Shown: piece after piece, positions 24,336-36,070 of the stretch
Position numbering within the stretch: position 1 is the first letter of the stretch
How the letters are laid out: each line of letters begins with the position of its first letter
Source of the DNA: Podarcis melisellensis
Taxonomy: Eukaryota
Reading direction: 5' to 3' (one strand)
Assembly: GCA_964234715.1 (NCBI GenBank)
Contig: OZ174277.1
DNA length: 64,000 nt
Program-made: the position numbers and the translations under genes
Notes under the pieces: generated by a model
The model's input: only the letters and a program-made list of their open reading frames with translations
The model's database searches: none
Told to the model about the DNA's origin: nothing

Positions 24336-24740
24336 CATGCAGCTGCCGTGAAAAAGAGAGGGGCAAATTCCACGCTGGGGGTCTTTAGGAAAGGTATTGG
24401 AAATAAAATTGCCAGTGCTGAAATGCATTCATATAAATCTACAGTGTACAACAGTCGGCTATGTAATTCTGGCCACCGCACCTCAAAAATAATATTATAA
24501 TACTAGGAAAAGGGCAGAAAAAGCTACCAGAATAACCAAGGGGCTGGAGCAATTCCTCTGTAAAAGTTACAATATCTGTAGCTTTTTAACTTGGAAAATA
24601 CCAGTTACTGGGGAACATGAGCAGGAAAGCTTGGCCTGCTTGTGTGTTTCCATAGGCATCTGGTTCGCCACTATGAGAATAACATTCGCCACTATGAGAA
24701 TAAAATGGTCTGATCCTACAGGGCTCTTCTTATTTTCTTA
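24336..24740 (+). mobile_element. Degraded CR1 LINE (ORF2 end plus 3' UTR)
   Basis: AAAVKK..ANSTLG..RKGI.NK motif and CR1 tail atggtctgatcc...gctcttcttattttctta. Internal 22-bp tandem duplication containing ttcgccactatgagaataa. Confidence 0.75.
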
Positions 24741-25655
24741 TTGTAAGTATATAATGCTATGCATTTGACATGTCTGGTGGTTTTTGGGGGTTTGTTTGTT
24801 TTTAAAGCATTTCCCCCAAGAGCCATATTTATTATTATTTCCTGTAGGCAATTTGTACACTAGAACACTTTGGGTTAAATGGCAGAATAAATGCTAGAAC
24901 TAAATAAATAAATACATGCTGAAGCCACAGAACACTGGCCTTGTTATTTGAGCTATTTTGGTTTCATGTTATTACGCAACAACAAAATGTTCTTACTATA
25001 TTTACCATAGAAACATATTAAATCTCAGTCCTTGTTAAAAATAAGTTCCTTTTTTTTTCTTTTGGTAATTCATTACATTTCCATAAAAATAAATAGCTGT
25101 TAAAAGGCATTAGCCTTCTGAACTAAGCTCATATAAATGAATCTTCTTTTCTGCCTGATAGTGTGTCAAAAATGTTAAAATGACTTATAGTCCACAGCTA
25201 TAAGGGAAAAGATCAGTGGTTAAACATGTCTGATTTTTGCAGTTAATTCAAATGGAAAAAAAAATCCAGGTCATTGGCCTTTTTAAACAGACCCCCGTGG
25301 CGATATTTACTCCTCCATAAATAGCACAGTCACATGAAATACAAATGGCAGCTAGTAAAGCCAGCAAAACAAAAGAACTAGTTTGCAGACCCAAATGCAA
25401 AGTGTCGCAGTTAAGAGGATTAACTGGGCAATCTTACACCACAATTATATCGTGGCACAGGGTGAAGCGAAAGAGAGATACCACTGCTATGCCATACCCT
25501 CTCATTCCATAAGGGGAGGGGGGGAATATAAATAACGGAAAATGGCACAAAAGGGCAGGCACACACCCAGGATCCATAGAAACAAAGACTGTGTCATTGA
25601 CAACACCTATATATATGACACACAGCCAATTAACTGTGGTCAGTGGGGACACAGA

Positions 25656-26098
25656 CTCATACAGGCTACCGCCTCTCCTGGTATGTCCCACAGAGGACCT
25701 TACAGTCGTCAAACAAAAACATCTTGGAGGTCCTGGGCCACAGGGAGGTTAGGCTGGCCTCAACCAGAGCCAGGGCTTTTTTGACTGTGGCCCCGATCTG
25801 GTGGAACGCTCTGTCACAAGAGACTAGGGCCCTGTAGGACATGACATCTTTCCACAGGGCCTGCAAGACAGAGCTGTTCCACCAGGCCTTTGGCCAAGGC
25901 ACAGTCTGATCCCCTCCTTTGGTAATCCTCATAGAACTCTAGCTCAGTGGTTGCCATTAATTTGATTTTGAATTGATTTTAGAATGAATTGATTTTAGAA
26001 TGCTGTGTTACTTTTATTGTTGTTAGCCGCTCTGAGCCCGGCTTCGGCTGGGGAGGGCGGGAGATAAATAAAATTTTATTATTTATTATTATTAATAA
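25656..26098 (+). mobile_element. Young L2 LINE 3' fragment
   Basis: Same family as 45222 and 59383 (REVRLASTRARAF...WWNALSQETRAL), with the 3' stem-loop and (ATT)n tail. Confidence 0.93.
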
Positions 26099-26559
26099 TG
26101 TGATGTCACAGCACTCCCAACCCATCAGTCCAATGGCACAGGCAGCAACAACCCCATCCTTGAAAGCAACAATGGGGAACCTGTGGCCCTCCAGAGGGTT
26201 TTTTTAAAAAAATTCCTATCAATCCAAGGCAGCATTGTGGTGAGTCTGGCGACCAGCTGGCTCTCTGACAGTCTGGAAAGCCCTAGGCTATAAAGCAGCC
26301 GGACTTAATCTAGAGTGCAAGCGACACAGATCTTGTTCCGATGCTGACTATTGCATATAATTGTGCCTCACGTGTTACCTCACGAGTGAGCACCAAAGAA
26401 GACAACTTCGCAGATGCGTTGCATCTTCAAACAACTGACCAGTGGAGCTCTTTTGGGTGGTCCAAGGGTTGTTGACTCCCCACTGAGGGGGAAGGACTTC
26501 TGGAGCCATTCCAAGACCTGCCATGACCAACTGGCTGTGGATAAAGTTGTTTGGCTTTG

Positions 26560-27180
26560 GAGACACTTTGATTCCACCGCTGTTTTGCTTCTGACCCAAG
26601 TGTCTGATGCCTCAGTCTGTGATGTATTTTGGGATCACTTTCAGCCTCTGCAGACTAATGAGGTGGGTGAGATGCTCACGGCCCTGTGTTCAACCATGTC
26701 TCCTTTTGACCCCAGCCCTTCTTCCTTTATTAAATCTAGCAGAGGGGGCTTGAATGGTTGGGTTTGGAGTCTGGCTAATGCTTCGCTGCATAAGTGGGTG
26801 GTCCCTACGCCCTTTCAAGGTATGAGGTGGTAGTACAGCCACTTCTAAAGAAGCCATCTTTGAACCCATGGGTTTGGACTAACTGCTGACCCAGAAAGGT
26901 GGAGTCGTAGTGGAGCAATCTTCAGGCATTCTTGGATAATATAGATTATCTGGACTCATTTCAACCTGGGTTCATGCCTGGTCATGGAACCACATTGGCC
27001 TTAGCCACCCTGGTGAATGACTAGTGGTGCATCTCCCATGACATATCTTGAGTTCTGCTAGCATAGTGGGGCTTCCACGGTATCCTAAGGCCCCTCATCT
27101 GGCATAACTTGAGTACTGAAGTCCTCTGTATTTGAGCCCAATGCATGGCTGGTGCTTAATGAATGTGTTCAGCTCTGTGG
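26560..27180 (+). mobile_element. Old degraded L2 (RT N-terminal region)
   Basis: Frameshifted motifs FDPSPSSFIK, VVQPLLKKPSL and YLDSFQPGFMPGHGTTLALATLVND. Confidence 0.75.
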
Positions 27181-28554
27181 GAAGCTGAATCAAGACAGCA
27201 TTAGTGTTTCACCTGCACAAAGCAGAATGGAATAGTAGTATTCCTTTTTGTGGGCTTGGGAGCCCAAGTTTCTTCTGTAAGATCAGATTTTCTGTGGTAG
27301 TAGCAACTGATACTGCATTTATTATCATCAGTATGTAAGCCTATGTAAGCACTGTATTCATGAGTGGTTCATAGTCAGTGTTGGAAGTGGGAAGGAAAAA
27401 TCACGTGTAGGTACTCTTTAGCTTAGTCTTTTAGACTCACCAGCTTATTTTATTCTTACTGTTTAGTCCCAACCTTCTAATGTTTTGCCATGTCCCAGTT
27501 TCAAGAAATGTATGTGAACATTTACCTTGTATAATGTATTCCAAAATCTGCTTTGAGAGCCACATGACAAGAAGCTAGAACAATAAATATAGAATGCTAT
27601 TTTTTTTTTCTCCAGTGGTTGTGAAAAATCCTGTTTTCCATCACATCATATGCAGGAAAGATAAGTAGAAATGTGTGCATTGCTCATCATATTATTATTT
27701 TCCTGCATATGCAAAGTGACAGCCGTAAAATGTCTGCAGCAAGCTGTTGACTGTAGTCTATCATGGGTTCAGCTGAGGCAAGCTGTGTTACTTGGTGGGA
27801 TCTATTTATCGTGAAGCCTGATTTACATTTGATGCTGGGAAAATGTAATTAGGCAGTAGCTCCATGTAGAAATGAGGTGAAATTGGTTCTGTTCATGTTT
27901 TAATGAAAACCTCCCTAATTTGCACTTCCCAAACCAAATGGCAGCTTTTGTTTGAATGTCACACTTTTATGAATTTGCAATATAGCTCTCCAACCAAAAC
28001 AAATGTGTAGAAAAAAGCATAGGTGAAAATGTGCAAAAAGGAGTGTATATTAGTGATAATAGTGTACAACACACAAAATTTTGGGTGGAACTATTTGCAA
28101 TAAATAAAATCACAAACTGATAACAAAATGGGGCAAACTGAGCAATAAGATACAAAAAATGAGTAAAACAGAATCTGAAATTAAGAGATTCACGAGTCTC
28201 TAATTCCATGCAGTCATCATCTCATTTAAATTGAGTCATGTGGCACCAGCATACCAGAGTTCCATGACCCATGTGGGAACTCTTCTGTTACACTAATGCT
28301 GAACACGTGGCACGGTTTAAATGAGACACAACCTGCATGGAATGTGACATGTTCATGTCTCTTTCCGCATGTCCAGAATCATTTAAAAATCTTTTCTGTA
28401 TGTCTGTTTGATATAGGGCACTGAAACAACACACTATAGAAACAATTAACCACTGGTGATGTCTGCCCATCTTGAGTCAAAAAATGTCCAAATGAACCTG
28501 GTAATGGCATGAAATATCAGAAACCTTGGAGCCACACTACTCCCTCCCAATATA

Positions 28555-28639
28555 TCAGCCTGAAAAGCAAGATGAGCGCCGTACCCTATAGTCGCTTTTG
28601 ATTGGACTTAACTGTCCAGGGGTCCTTTACCTTTACCTT
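28555..28639 (+). mobile_element. Sauria SINE 3' fragment
   Basis: gatgagcgccg...gattggacttaactgtccaggggtcctttacctttacctt, ending in the (ACCTTT)n tail. Confidence 0.8.
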
Positions 28640-29440
28640 ATACTCACATAAACAGTAGTGCAATCTGAACAGAACAATAATTTGACATAAATGATACACA
28701 GTCACTGTGTATCCTAAATAATGGAGACTTTATTCATGAGATCCACTGCATTTGATTTGGACTGTATTAGTTTTGTTCACCAGCACTGCCTGTTTTCCAG
28801 CTGGAGATTATTTCAGGCAGGAATTAAACTCATGGTAAAAGCCTGCTAAGAAGCTGATAGGATGCTAACCATTAAGTTTTCTGTTAGTCTGGTTGCCTTT
28901 TTATGCTTTAGCAAGTTTCTTGAAATATCTGTGCTTCCTAACCCTTCTGAGACAGATTAGTTGACATACATCATTTTCTTTTGTGGCTTCTGTACATTAC
29001 AAAATTGCTGGTTTTCTACAGATTCCACCCCCACCCCCATAAAAGGCAATAAGGACTCATGTGTATTTTCCCATTTTCAAGTGGAATAAATGCTCGTTAT
29101 TATTTCCAGTCCTGTCTTTCAGGTCCAGCCTCTAAGCTCCTCAAAGCAACCCTGAGTGAAGGAGGCTAAGAAGCATTGATCCAAGTCAGCCATTACAATC
29201 ACGGCTCAATATACTGTGGTTTATGAAGCTGAGATTGTGGCATCTGCATCAGGTCTGTGACTTGCCTGAGGCCATTCAGTGAGCTTTACAGCAAGATGGA
29301 AGAATTAGACTCTCAGCTTCCCACAGCCAAGCCCCACTCTCTAGTCACTAAACCACCTCTAGGTTGTGGCTTCTGTTGTCTTGTTTTTACAAACAAGAGA
29401 GATAGTAAACTACTAAATCTGTCCCTGTCCCTGTTCAGAT

Positions 29441-29699
29441 TAGGGATGGGAAGAATCTATTTCTGATCCACACGACGTCTGCTTGTGTTCACCCATCAGT
29501 AGATTTTATCCTGCTTTCGCATTATTCTGTAATAACGAAATATGCACAAAATGCCCATTTAAATACATGTCGGTACATATTTTCTTTCAAAATACACATT
29601 ATTGTTTGAACTTTTGGTTTGTGCAAAAGCAACTGGATAATTAAGTTATGATCTGCACATTAGTCCAGGAGATGCACGTCAGAGTTTGTAACATCCCTG
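29441..29699. mobile_element. Old hAT-like MITE
   Basis: Termini tagggatg / catccctg, degenerate flanks gttcagat / cttcagcc. Confidence 0.45.
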
Positions 29700-30669
29700 C
29701 TTCAGCCTGCTGTTGAGGCTGACAGGAGTGAATACTCCACACAAAAGAATTTCCTGCGTATAGAAAACCTGGCAGGGAAAGGGAAAGGCTTGGAGAGAAC
29801 CCATTTGGCTGCCCCTGCTTTATCTGCTGAAGGTCTAGGCAGCTATGTAGTTAAAGGTGGCTGTAGAAAAACCACTATTTTAATTCAAAATTGAATAGTA
29901 TACCTTTATTAAATTTAACGGATTGTCAAAATGATTCTATATCTTTGATGTGCTGTTATGGGTTTCCAAATTACACCACATTGTTGCAGGTGTCCTGGGA
30001 CCTTGAAATAATTGTAAACAGTCAAGGGCCAGGATAGTCAGGGGACATTTGCTATTTATGTACGTGACATATTCAGTTTTATATCTGTATGAGGCATTTG
30101 GCATATGAGCGTTCCACACAGAACTATTTTTAAAAATGGAATGAAGAACCCCAAAGAGAATAGCCACAACTGTAACTGACAAAAGCACACTCCTAAAACT
30201 GAAATACTTCCCCATAGTAGTTTGTTTCTGAAGCTGTTATTTACAAATAGGTTTCAGCACAACCTAAGCTGAAGGGTGATCTTACTTAGGAGTCCCTAAG
30301 TTCCTCCTAAGTACCTCCTGATCTCAGTTCCAATCCCTCTATCTCAAATCCTAAGATGCAAGGGGGAGACAACAGATGGTCTCTCGGACAATTTGTTCCA
30401 ATGTTATTTAAGGACTCTCATTTATTGAGTGCCGGATAGCCGGTGCAATTTGCAGTGAATGAGACAGGAGTCTTGCCATGCATTTGAGCAATAGGATAGT
30501 TCCACTTGTGAAAGCAGACTGAGTGCTTGTGAAGCCAAACAAGTACAGTAGCAAAAATGTAGACCAACATTTTATTAACTTTTTAAGCTGTTTAATTTGT
30601 TATTAAGTTTGTTGACACATAAAAGTAAATGCACTTTTATTTAATTTTTTAAAAATTGATAAATCAAAA

Positions 30670-30861
30670 GGGGCTGCAGCTTATTGTTAGAGGATCTGCT
30701 TTGCATGCAGAAGGTCCCAAGTTCAATCCCAGGATTCTCTAGGTAGGGCTGGGGAATGACTCCTGCCTGATATGCTGGGAAGTTGCTTCCAGTCACTGTA
30801 GACAATCTAGAGGTAGATGGACCAATGAGCTGACTCTGCATAAGGCAGCTTCCTATGTCCC
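30670..30861 (+). mobile_element. tRNA-Ala-derived SINE with CR1-type tail (Squam2/Anolis SINE2-like)
   Basis: Degraded tRNA-Ala(TGC) head (ggggctgcagct...ctttgcatgcagaaggtcccaagttcaatccc) and tail gatggaccaatg...taaggcagcttcctatgt. Confidence 0.8.
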
Positions 30862-30987
30862 CAAATATCTTAAAGAACTTGAGGCAAAATAGACAAACAT
30901 TCAATGTTGTCTTCAATATCAACATTTTGAAGAACAAGAAATCCAAGAGACTATCCTGATTTCACAGTTGTTGAATTATGAGGCAGA

Positions 30988-31097
30988 CTGTCCTTCACTG
31001 CAGGTTTTAAAGCAGAGGTTGGATGACTATCTGCCATTGCTTTAGCTGAGATTCAACCCTCAGGGTCCCTTCCAACTCTACAGTTCTATGATTCTAG
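30988..31097 (+). mobile_element. CR1 3' end fragment
   Basis: aggttttaaagcagaggttggatg...ggtcccttccaactctacagttctatgattcta, with the CR1 terminal octamer repeat. Confidence 0.8.
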
Positions 31098-33661
31098 GCC
31101 TCCAGAGAAAGGTAGGAACATATAGTGAAGGGAGTGACTGATGGGGGATTTGAGCAGTTGGAAAATCAGCTTTTTTAAAAAAACCCTGACTGGCAACTGA
31201 TGCCTCTTGCTCCTTTGGCCGATGGATGAAATCAGAGAGGCCCTTCTTCTTGCTACTGCAGGGCAACCAGCAGTTGGGAGTATTTTTTATAAGTCCTCCT
31301 TTGGCCCACTGATAGGGCTAGTATGGTCTCCATCTTGCTGTGATGCTGTTGCTAGAATGCAGGGGGAGTGGCCTCCCAGTGCCCTTGTCCTTAGCTAATG
31401 GCAGAAGGTGCTGTCCTCAGGTTCTTATTAATAAATGTATAGAAGAGAAATTTTCAGCAGGTGGAGCATTTCCTGTCAAAGTACTGCAGCAGTAACTATA
31501 GCTTCTAAACTATTAAAAGCCCTGGAGCCAATACTATAATCCCACCAAAAGGAAATAAAAAAGGTAGTGTATAAATGGAGCAGTTCAGGCTATTTTTTCA
31601 TAAACAGTTACCCATCATCATGGAGATCACAGTATACAAATGTATCATTTTCCTGACACAATCTTGCTAGTGTGGCAAAATTCCAAACTCCACTCTCACC
31701 ACTTAAAGGCATCTGTTAGTACTGAAAAGGAACAAGTATTGATTTAAATGTCTATGGCTGAAAAATTGAATTCTGCTCTATGTTTGACTTCTCACTTGTT
31801 CTCATCAGTGGGAGCTGAGGTTTATCTCTACTGCACCACTCACAGAGATTACCTGCCTCGCAAACTGCTATTAATTGATTATCATATTTGAGTGAGCACA
31901 TGAGTTGTCCTTTAAAGAAGGCATAAGGCATGAGAAACCATATGGAAAATTGGACTTAACCAGTAGGCTGCAGCAAATTACAGGGATACTGGTTTCAAAG
32001 GAATGGAAGGGTCAAAACAAAAAATTATTCCTAAAATTAAATGCCAGTTATGTTTAGGATTAAATAATTATTTGCTGGGTCTTCTTTTCTAAACAATTTG
32101 GGAAACACCCTTCTTTTAACAAGATGAAAATTGAGGATATGACATAAAAGAAAGCCATAGATGCAAAGCCATAGCAAGGACAGCAAAGACATGTTAAACC
32201 TTAGGGGGTTATGTCAGATTCAGCATCTCCATTAACAACTTTTGAGGAAAGGAGAGTTCTGTTGGTGGAACCTCACTGAGGTGCAGACATGACAGAAGCA
32301 AGGAATCCTGTCTCTGTTCCAAAGTTCTTAACTGATGCAGTAATCCAAGAAAGAATCTGAAGTAGCAAAGCAGACTAAAGTTGTTTGGTTGCACAAGACT
32401 GCAGGCCTGCAGCACAGCTGAACAAGTCTCTGCACAGCTTCCATAATTTGATGAGATGCTGCATACACAACACTAATGTAGGCTCTTGAAACCACGACAC
32501 AAGCTTTTGAGCTGCAGGGTGTCTATGATTAGATCTTAATCACATCTCCTTGAATGGCAGAATTAGGAACGTTTCACACATTTGTTTGAAATATGGCATA
32601 GCAACTCTTTCTCTTCCATCATGCAGAGGTGCTCAGGTGTGAAGAACATCGCACACATGCATTATAAATGGTCATTTAGTAAATACACTCTCCCAGAATG
32701 TGTAAACAAGACCCATCCTGTGTGTATGTGGCTTTAAAGAGAAGCTCACAGCTGCTATTCCTAACATACCAATAATGAAGCTTCAAAAACTTGTTTTCCC
32801 CTTCTGAAACAGCTGCTATTTGCACACTTGTTTCCAGGCACTGTTACAACAACACAAACTGAACCTCTTTCCATAATTTGGACTGCTTTGCCTCTCCAGG
32901 GCTGATGCACTTTAAAAAGTTGTATTACATACTGGCTAATATTTAAGAGGTCAAGCCTTTCCCTCCTGCCAGAAGAAATGGAATGAGGGGAGAGGTGTGA
33001 AGGTCCTATTACACCTCACCCAGGGAATTTTTAAAAAGGTGTTTTTTTTCCAGAGGACTTTTTGCAAATGTTTCCATCTTAAAAACTGACATATTTTGAA
33101 GGACACTGGAAAAACCCTCTATTAAGTATGTTTTATTTTAAGATGTACAGCATTAGTGCACTGGCAAATACAACACTTCAATTCAAAATGAATTTCTGTA
33201 TTATGGGTGCAGTAATCTTCGTTAGAGGAACATGCAGGGTCTCCGTCGCTTGTGAATTGCTGGCTGCGTCTCCTAGTCACCTTTGGTTTAGTCTGTAGAT
33301 ACTAGTAGCAATCATCCTGTTTCTGCTGCCCTTCTGACCTGTTCCCTCCTTTGTGGTCAACCTTTTCACCTTGACCCTTGAAGGACACAGACACACTGCT
33401 GCAGAATGGGAAACAAGCAGCTTCTTGCTTTGTTTCGCTGGGGATAAAAAAAGGTCAAAAGGCAGTGGGGCAGAAAATGCAAATAGGGGTGTGAGCTTTA
33501 ACCAAGACCCACAGAAGGAAGTGGACTGTGTGGGTATATTGTAATCTTACTTGGTACATCTTAAATTTAATAAATATGCCAAAGGGGACAGTTTTATTCA
33601 ACCCTAGCTTTGGAACAATACATTTTATGTTGCTAAAGCAGTAACATACATTTGGGAAAAC

Positions 33662-33745
33662 AAAAAAAAAAATCCTTCCAGTAGCACCTTAAAGACCAAC
33701 TAAGTTAGTTCTTGGCATGAGCTTTCGTGTGCATGCACACTTCTT
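33662..33745 (-). mobile_element. Penelope-like element terminal fragment with truncated hammerhead motif
   Basis: Minus strand aagaagtgtgcatgcacacgaaagctcatgcc...ttagttggtctttaaggtgctactggaagg, the typical reptile Penelope terminal repeat. Confidence 0.8.
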
Positions 33746-34179
33746 ACATTTGGGGTTAATAAGTATTGCACATATGTTTGTGGAATGCTCTCCCCAGGGA
33801 GACTCATCTGGTGCCTGTGTTACATATTTTTAGGTGCCAGGCAAAAACATCCCTCTTTTCCCAGACCTTTCGCTGATCCTATATCTGGCTATATCTGGCT
33901 GGGTTTTATATATATATAACACACACAGACACAATTTCTCAATTTTTGTGTTTTGTGTGCACGAAAAAGCTGTGCTGGGAGAAGGGGAAATGGGCTTTAT
34001 TCCACACAGCTTTAAAATTTTCTGGAAATGTTGCATCTCCAGAGGAGCGGTGGGAAAGAGAGAAGGCAAAAGTTAGTAACTGCCTGCTTACCCAAGAGTA
34101 AGCTCTACTGGTTGAACAGGGTTTAATTGCAAGTAAAGATGAATAAGATTGGGCTGCTTAAGTTTCTTGCGGACTCCCC

Positions 34180-36070
34180 GCTCTCCGTCCCGCCACTAGG
34201 GACCCAAAAGCCAACAACGATGACCTTTCCCGGAAGAAAAACACAAGAAGCAGACCAACGCAACCTCACAAGCCCCGAAAACTGCCAGGTGGGATTCTTG
34301 CCCTCCTCGCGCCCCTCTGAGCTCCCACCTCAAAACAAACCAAGGAAAAAGTCCTGATCGCAACTCGTCATTGGCTGCCCGCTCGTCCCGCCTCCGCTGC
34401 CGTAGACCCAATCGCGTCCGCCGCACCACACCCCGCCCTTGACCCCCTCGCTTTGGGCAAATCCTGGTGTCACTCGCCCGGTCCCCCAGAGGTCGCGTCG
34501 CTTGGCTTCCAGCTTGTCCCGCCCAACAGAATGCAATTCGCTTTAACCACCGCCGCCACCCGCCCCGCCGCCTCTCCGATTGGCTGCTGCCCTCCTGTCA
34601 GTTACCCTCGGGCCGGCGTCCTCCAACGGCTGTTCCAACCGCCTTCCTGCTCCTGCTCCTCCACCTCCTCCCCTCCCCTCGCCGCTGGCCCCGCCCCCTC
34701 CTCCGAGTCGGAACTCGGCTGCCCTTAACAGCGCGCTCGCTCGCAGCAAGTTGCGCGCCGCTTCTCGAGTGGAAGGTTGGCCGCCTCCGCGCCCCTCCCT
34801 CCCCCGCTGTTACGTTGCGCGCGGCTACTGAGGAGAAGGAGGAAGAGGAGAAGCGGCGGCGCTGGCGTGACAAGATGTTGGCGGAAGAGGCGCCGGGGGC
34901 TCCCGACGGTGGCTGAAGAGGAGGCTGCGCGGCCCTGGCCTCCTTCCCTCCCCTTCCCGCTCCGCCGCCGTCCTTCCCTCAGGAGTCGCCGAGGAACCCC
35001 GGCTCATGACAGCCAGCGCCTGGCGGGGCGGCCCAGGCGACAGCGAGCCTGGCTGAGGCGGCGGGTGGCGGGAGAACAGCGCCTCCTTCCTCCTCACGAG
35101 ACCGCGCGCCGCCAAAGTTTGCCGCTCGCGGGCGGGCGGCGAAGAGACGTCGCTGGCGAAGGGAGGAAGAATAAAAGTTTTCCTGCTCTGTTTTTCTCCT
35201 TCGGCTGATTTGGAGGACGCAGCGGGGGCGGGTCTTTGCTGCGTGTCGGTCCCCCCCCCTTTGGTTTAACCCTCATTTGGTCTCTTCCTCGGAAAAGTAT
35301 CCATTATTTGGAAACCCTTCGGGGTATCGGATTAAGTGTATCCCCTCCTTTCTCAAGGGCGTCGGATTAAGAGCCTTCTTTCTTTGAGGTGTTGGATAAA
35401 CAGCCTCTCCCCCTCCCCCTTTGGAAGGTGTTTGGATTCTTCCCCCTTTCTTGGGTTTTTTTTTTTTTTGGACTTGGAAGAACCGCCCCCCCCCCCGCGG
35501 CCCCTATTCCTTGGTGCACTGGATTAAGTGTCTTCCTCCTTCCTTGGCTGGTGGTGTCTCCTCGCCCGCCGCCGCCGCTTGCTCTGCCTTCCTCCCTCCC
35601 CCCGCCCCTCCGGCGTGATTATATGCTTCAAGGGAGAGGCGATCCCCCCTCGTGCCTCCTCCTTTCCCAGCCATGTCGGCGACGGCGATCTCCGCCGCGG
35701 AGAAAGTGGACGGCTTCACGCGGAGGTCGGTGCGCAAGGCTCAGAAGCAGAAGCGGTCGCAGGGGTCTTCGCAGTTCCGCACCCAAAGCAGCCCCGTGGA
35801 GCTCTTCCCGCTGCCCCAGCTCAAAGGTAGTGTATCAATTATACCGCATGTATCTCCTAGGGAGGAATCGAGCGAGCTGCAGCTCACTTAGCCCCGGGCT
35901 ACAGGTGCTGCCTTCTGCGGGAAGAGACTTCCTCCCGCCTCTCGCCGCCGCCTACGTGCTGTTTGCTTCCTTGTGCCAACCCTCTAAATTTCGCGGCAGC
36001 CCGTTTCACTGTCCTCTGTTACTCCATGTTAAGGCGCAACTCTTGTTCCGAAACTTCCTCTCCGCAGCCT
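34180..36070 (+). promoter_or_regulatory. CpG island / promoter and 5' leader of PPP2R5A
   Basis: Sharp rise in GC and CpG content. Several GC boxes (CCGCCC, e.g. about 34433 and 34560) and CCAAT boxes (ATTGG about 34370 and 34579, CCAAT 34408). No obvious TATA box. Ends just after coding exon 1. The TSS cannot be fixed from sequence alone. Confidence 0.9.
35673..35826 (+). CDS. PPP2R5A: PP2A regulatory subunit B56-alpha, coding exon 1 ([51 protein letters not shown], phase 1)
   Basis: gccATG at 35673. The translation matches the B56-alpha N-terminus ([32 protein letters not shown] in human). Donor AAG|GTAGTG at 35827; the last G joins AT of exon 2 to give Asp. Confidence 0.97.

Noticed and set aside
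30670-30742. tRNA-Ala gene
   Set aside because: The D arm and acceptor stem are degraded and the sequence continues into a SINE body and tail.
1-34000. Exons of the usual upstream neighbour DTL or another coding gene
   Set aside because: No WD40-like or otherwise recognisable coding sequence was seen. Very short exons cannot be excluded without an alignment.
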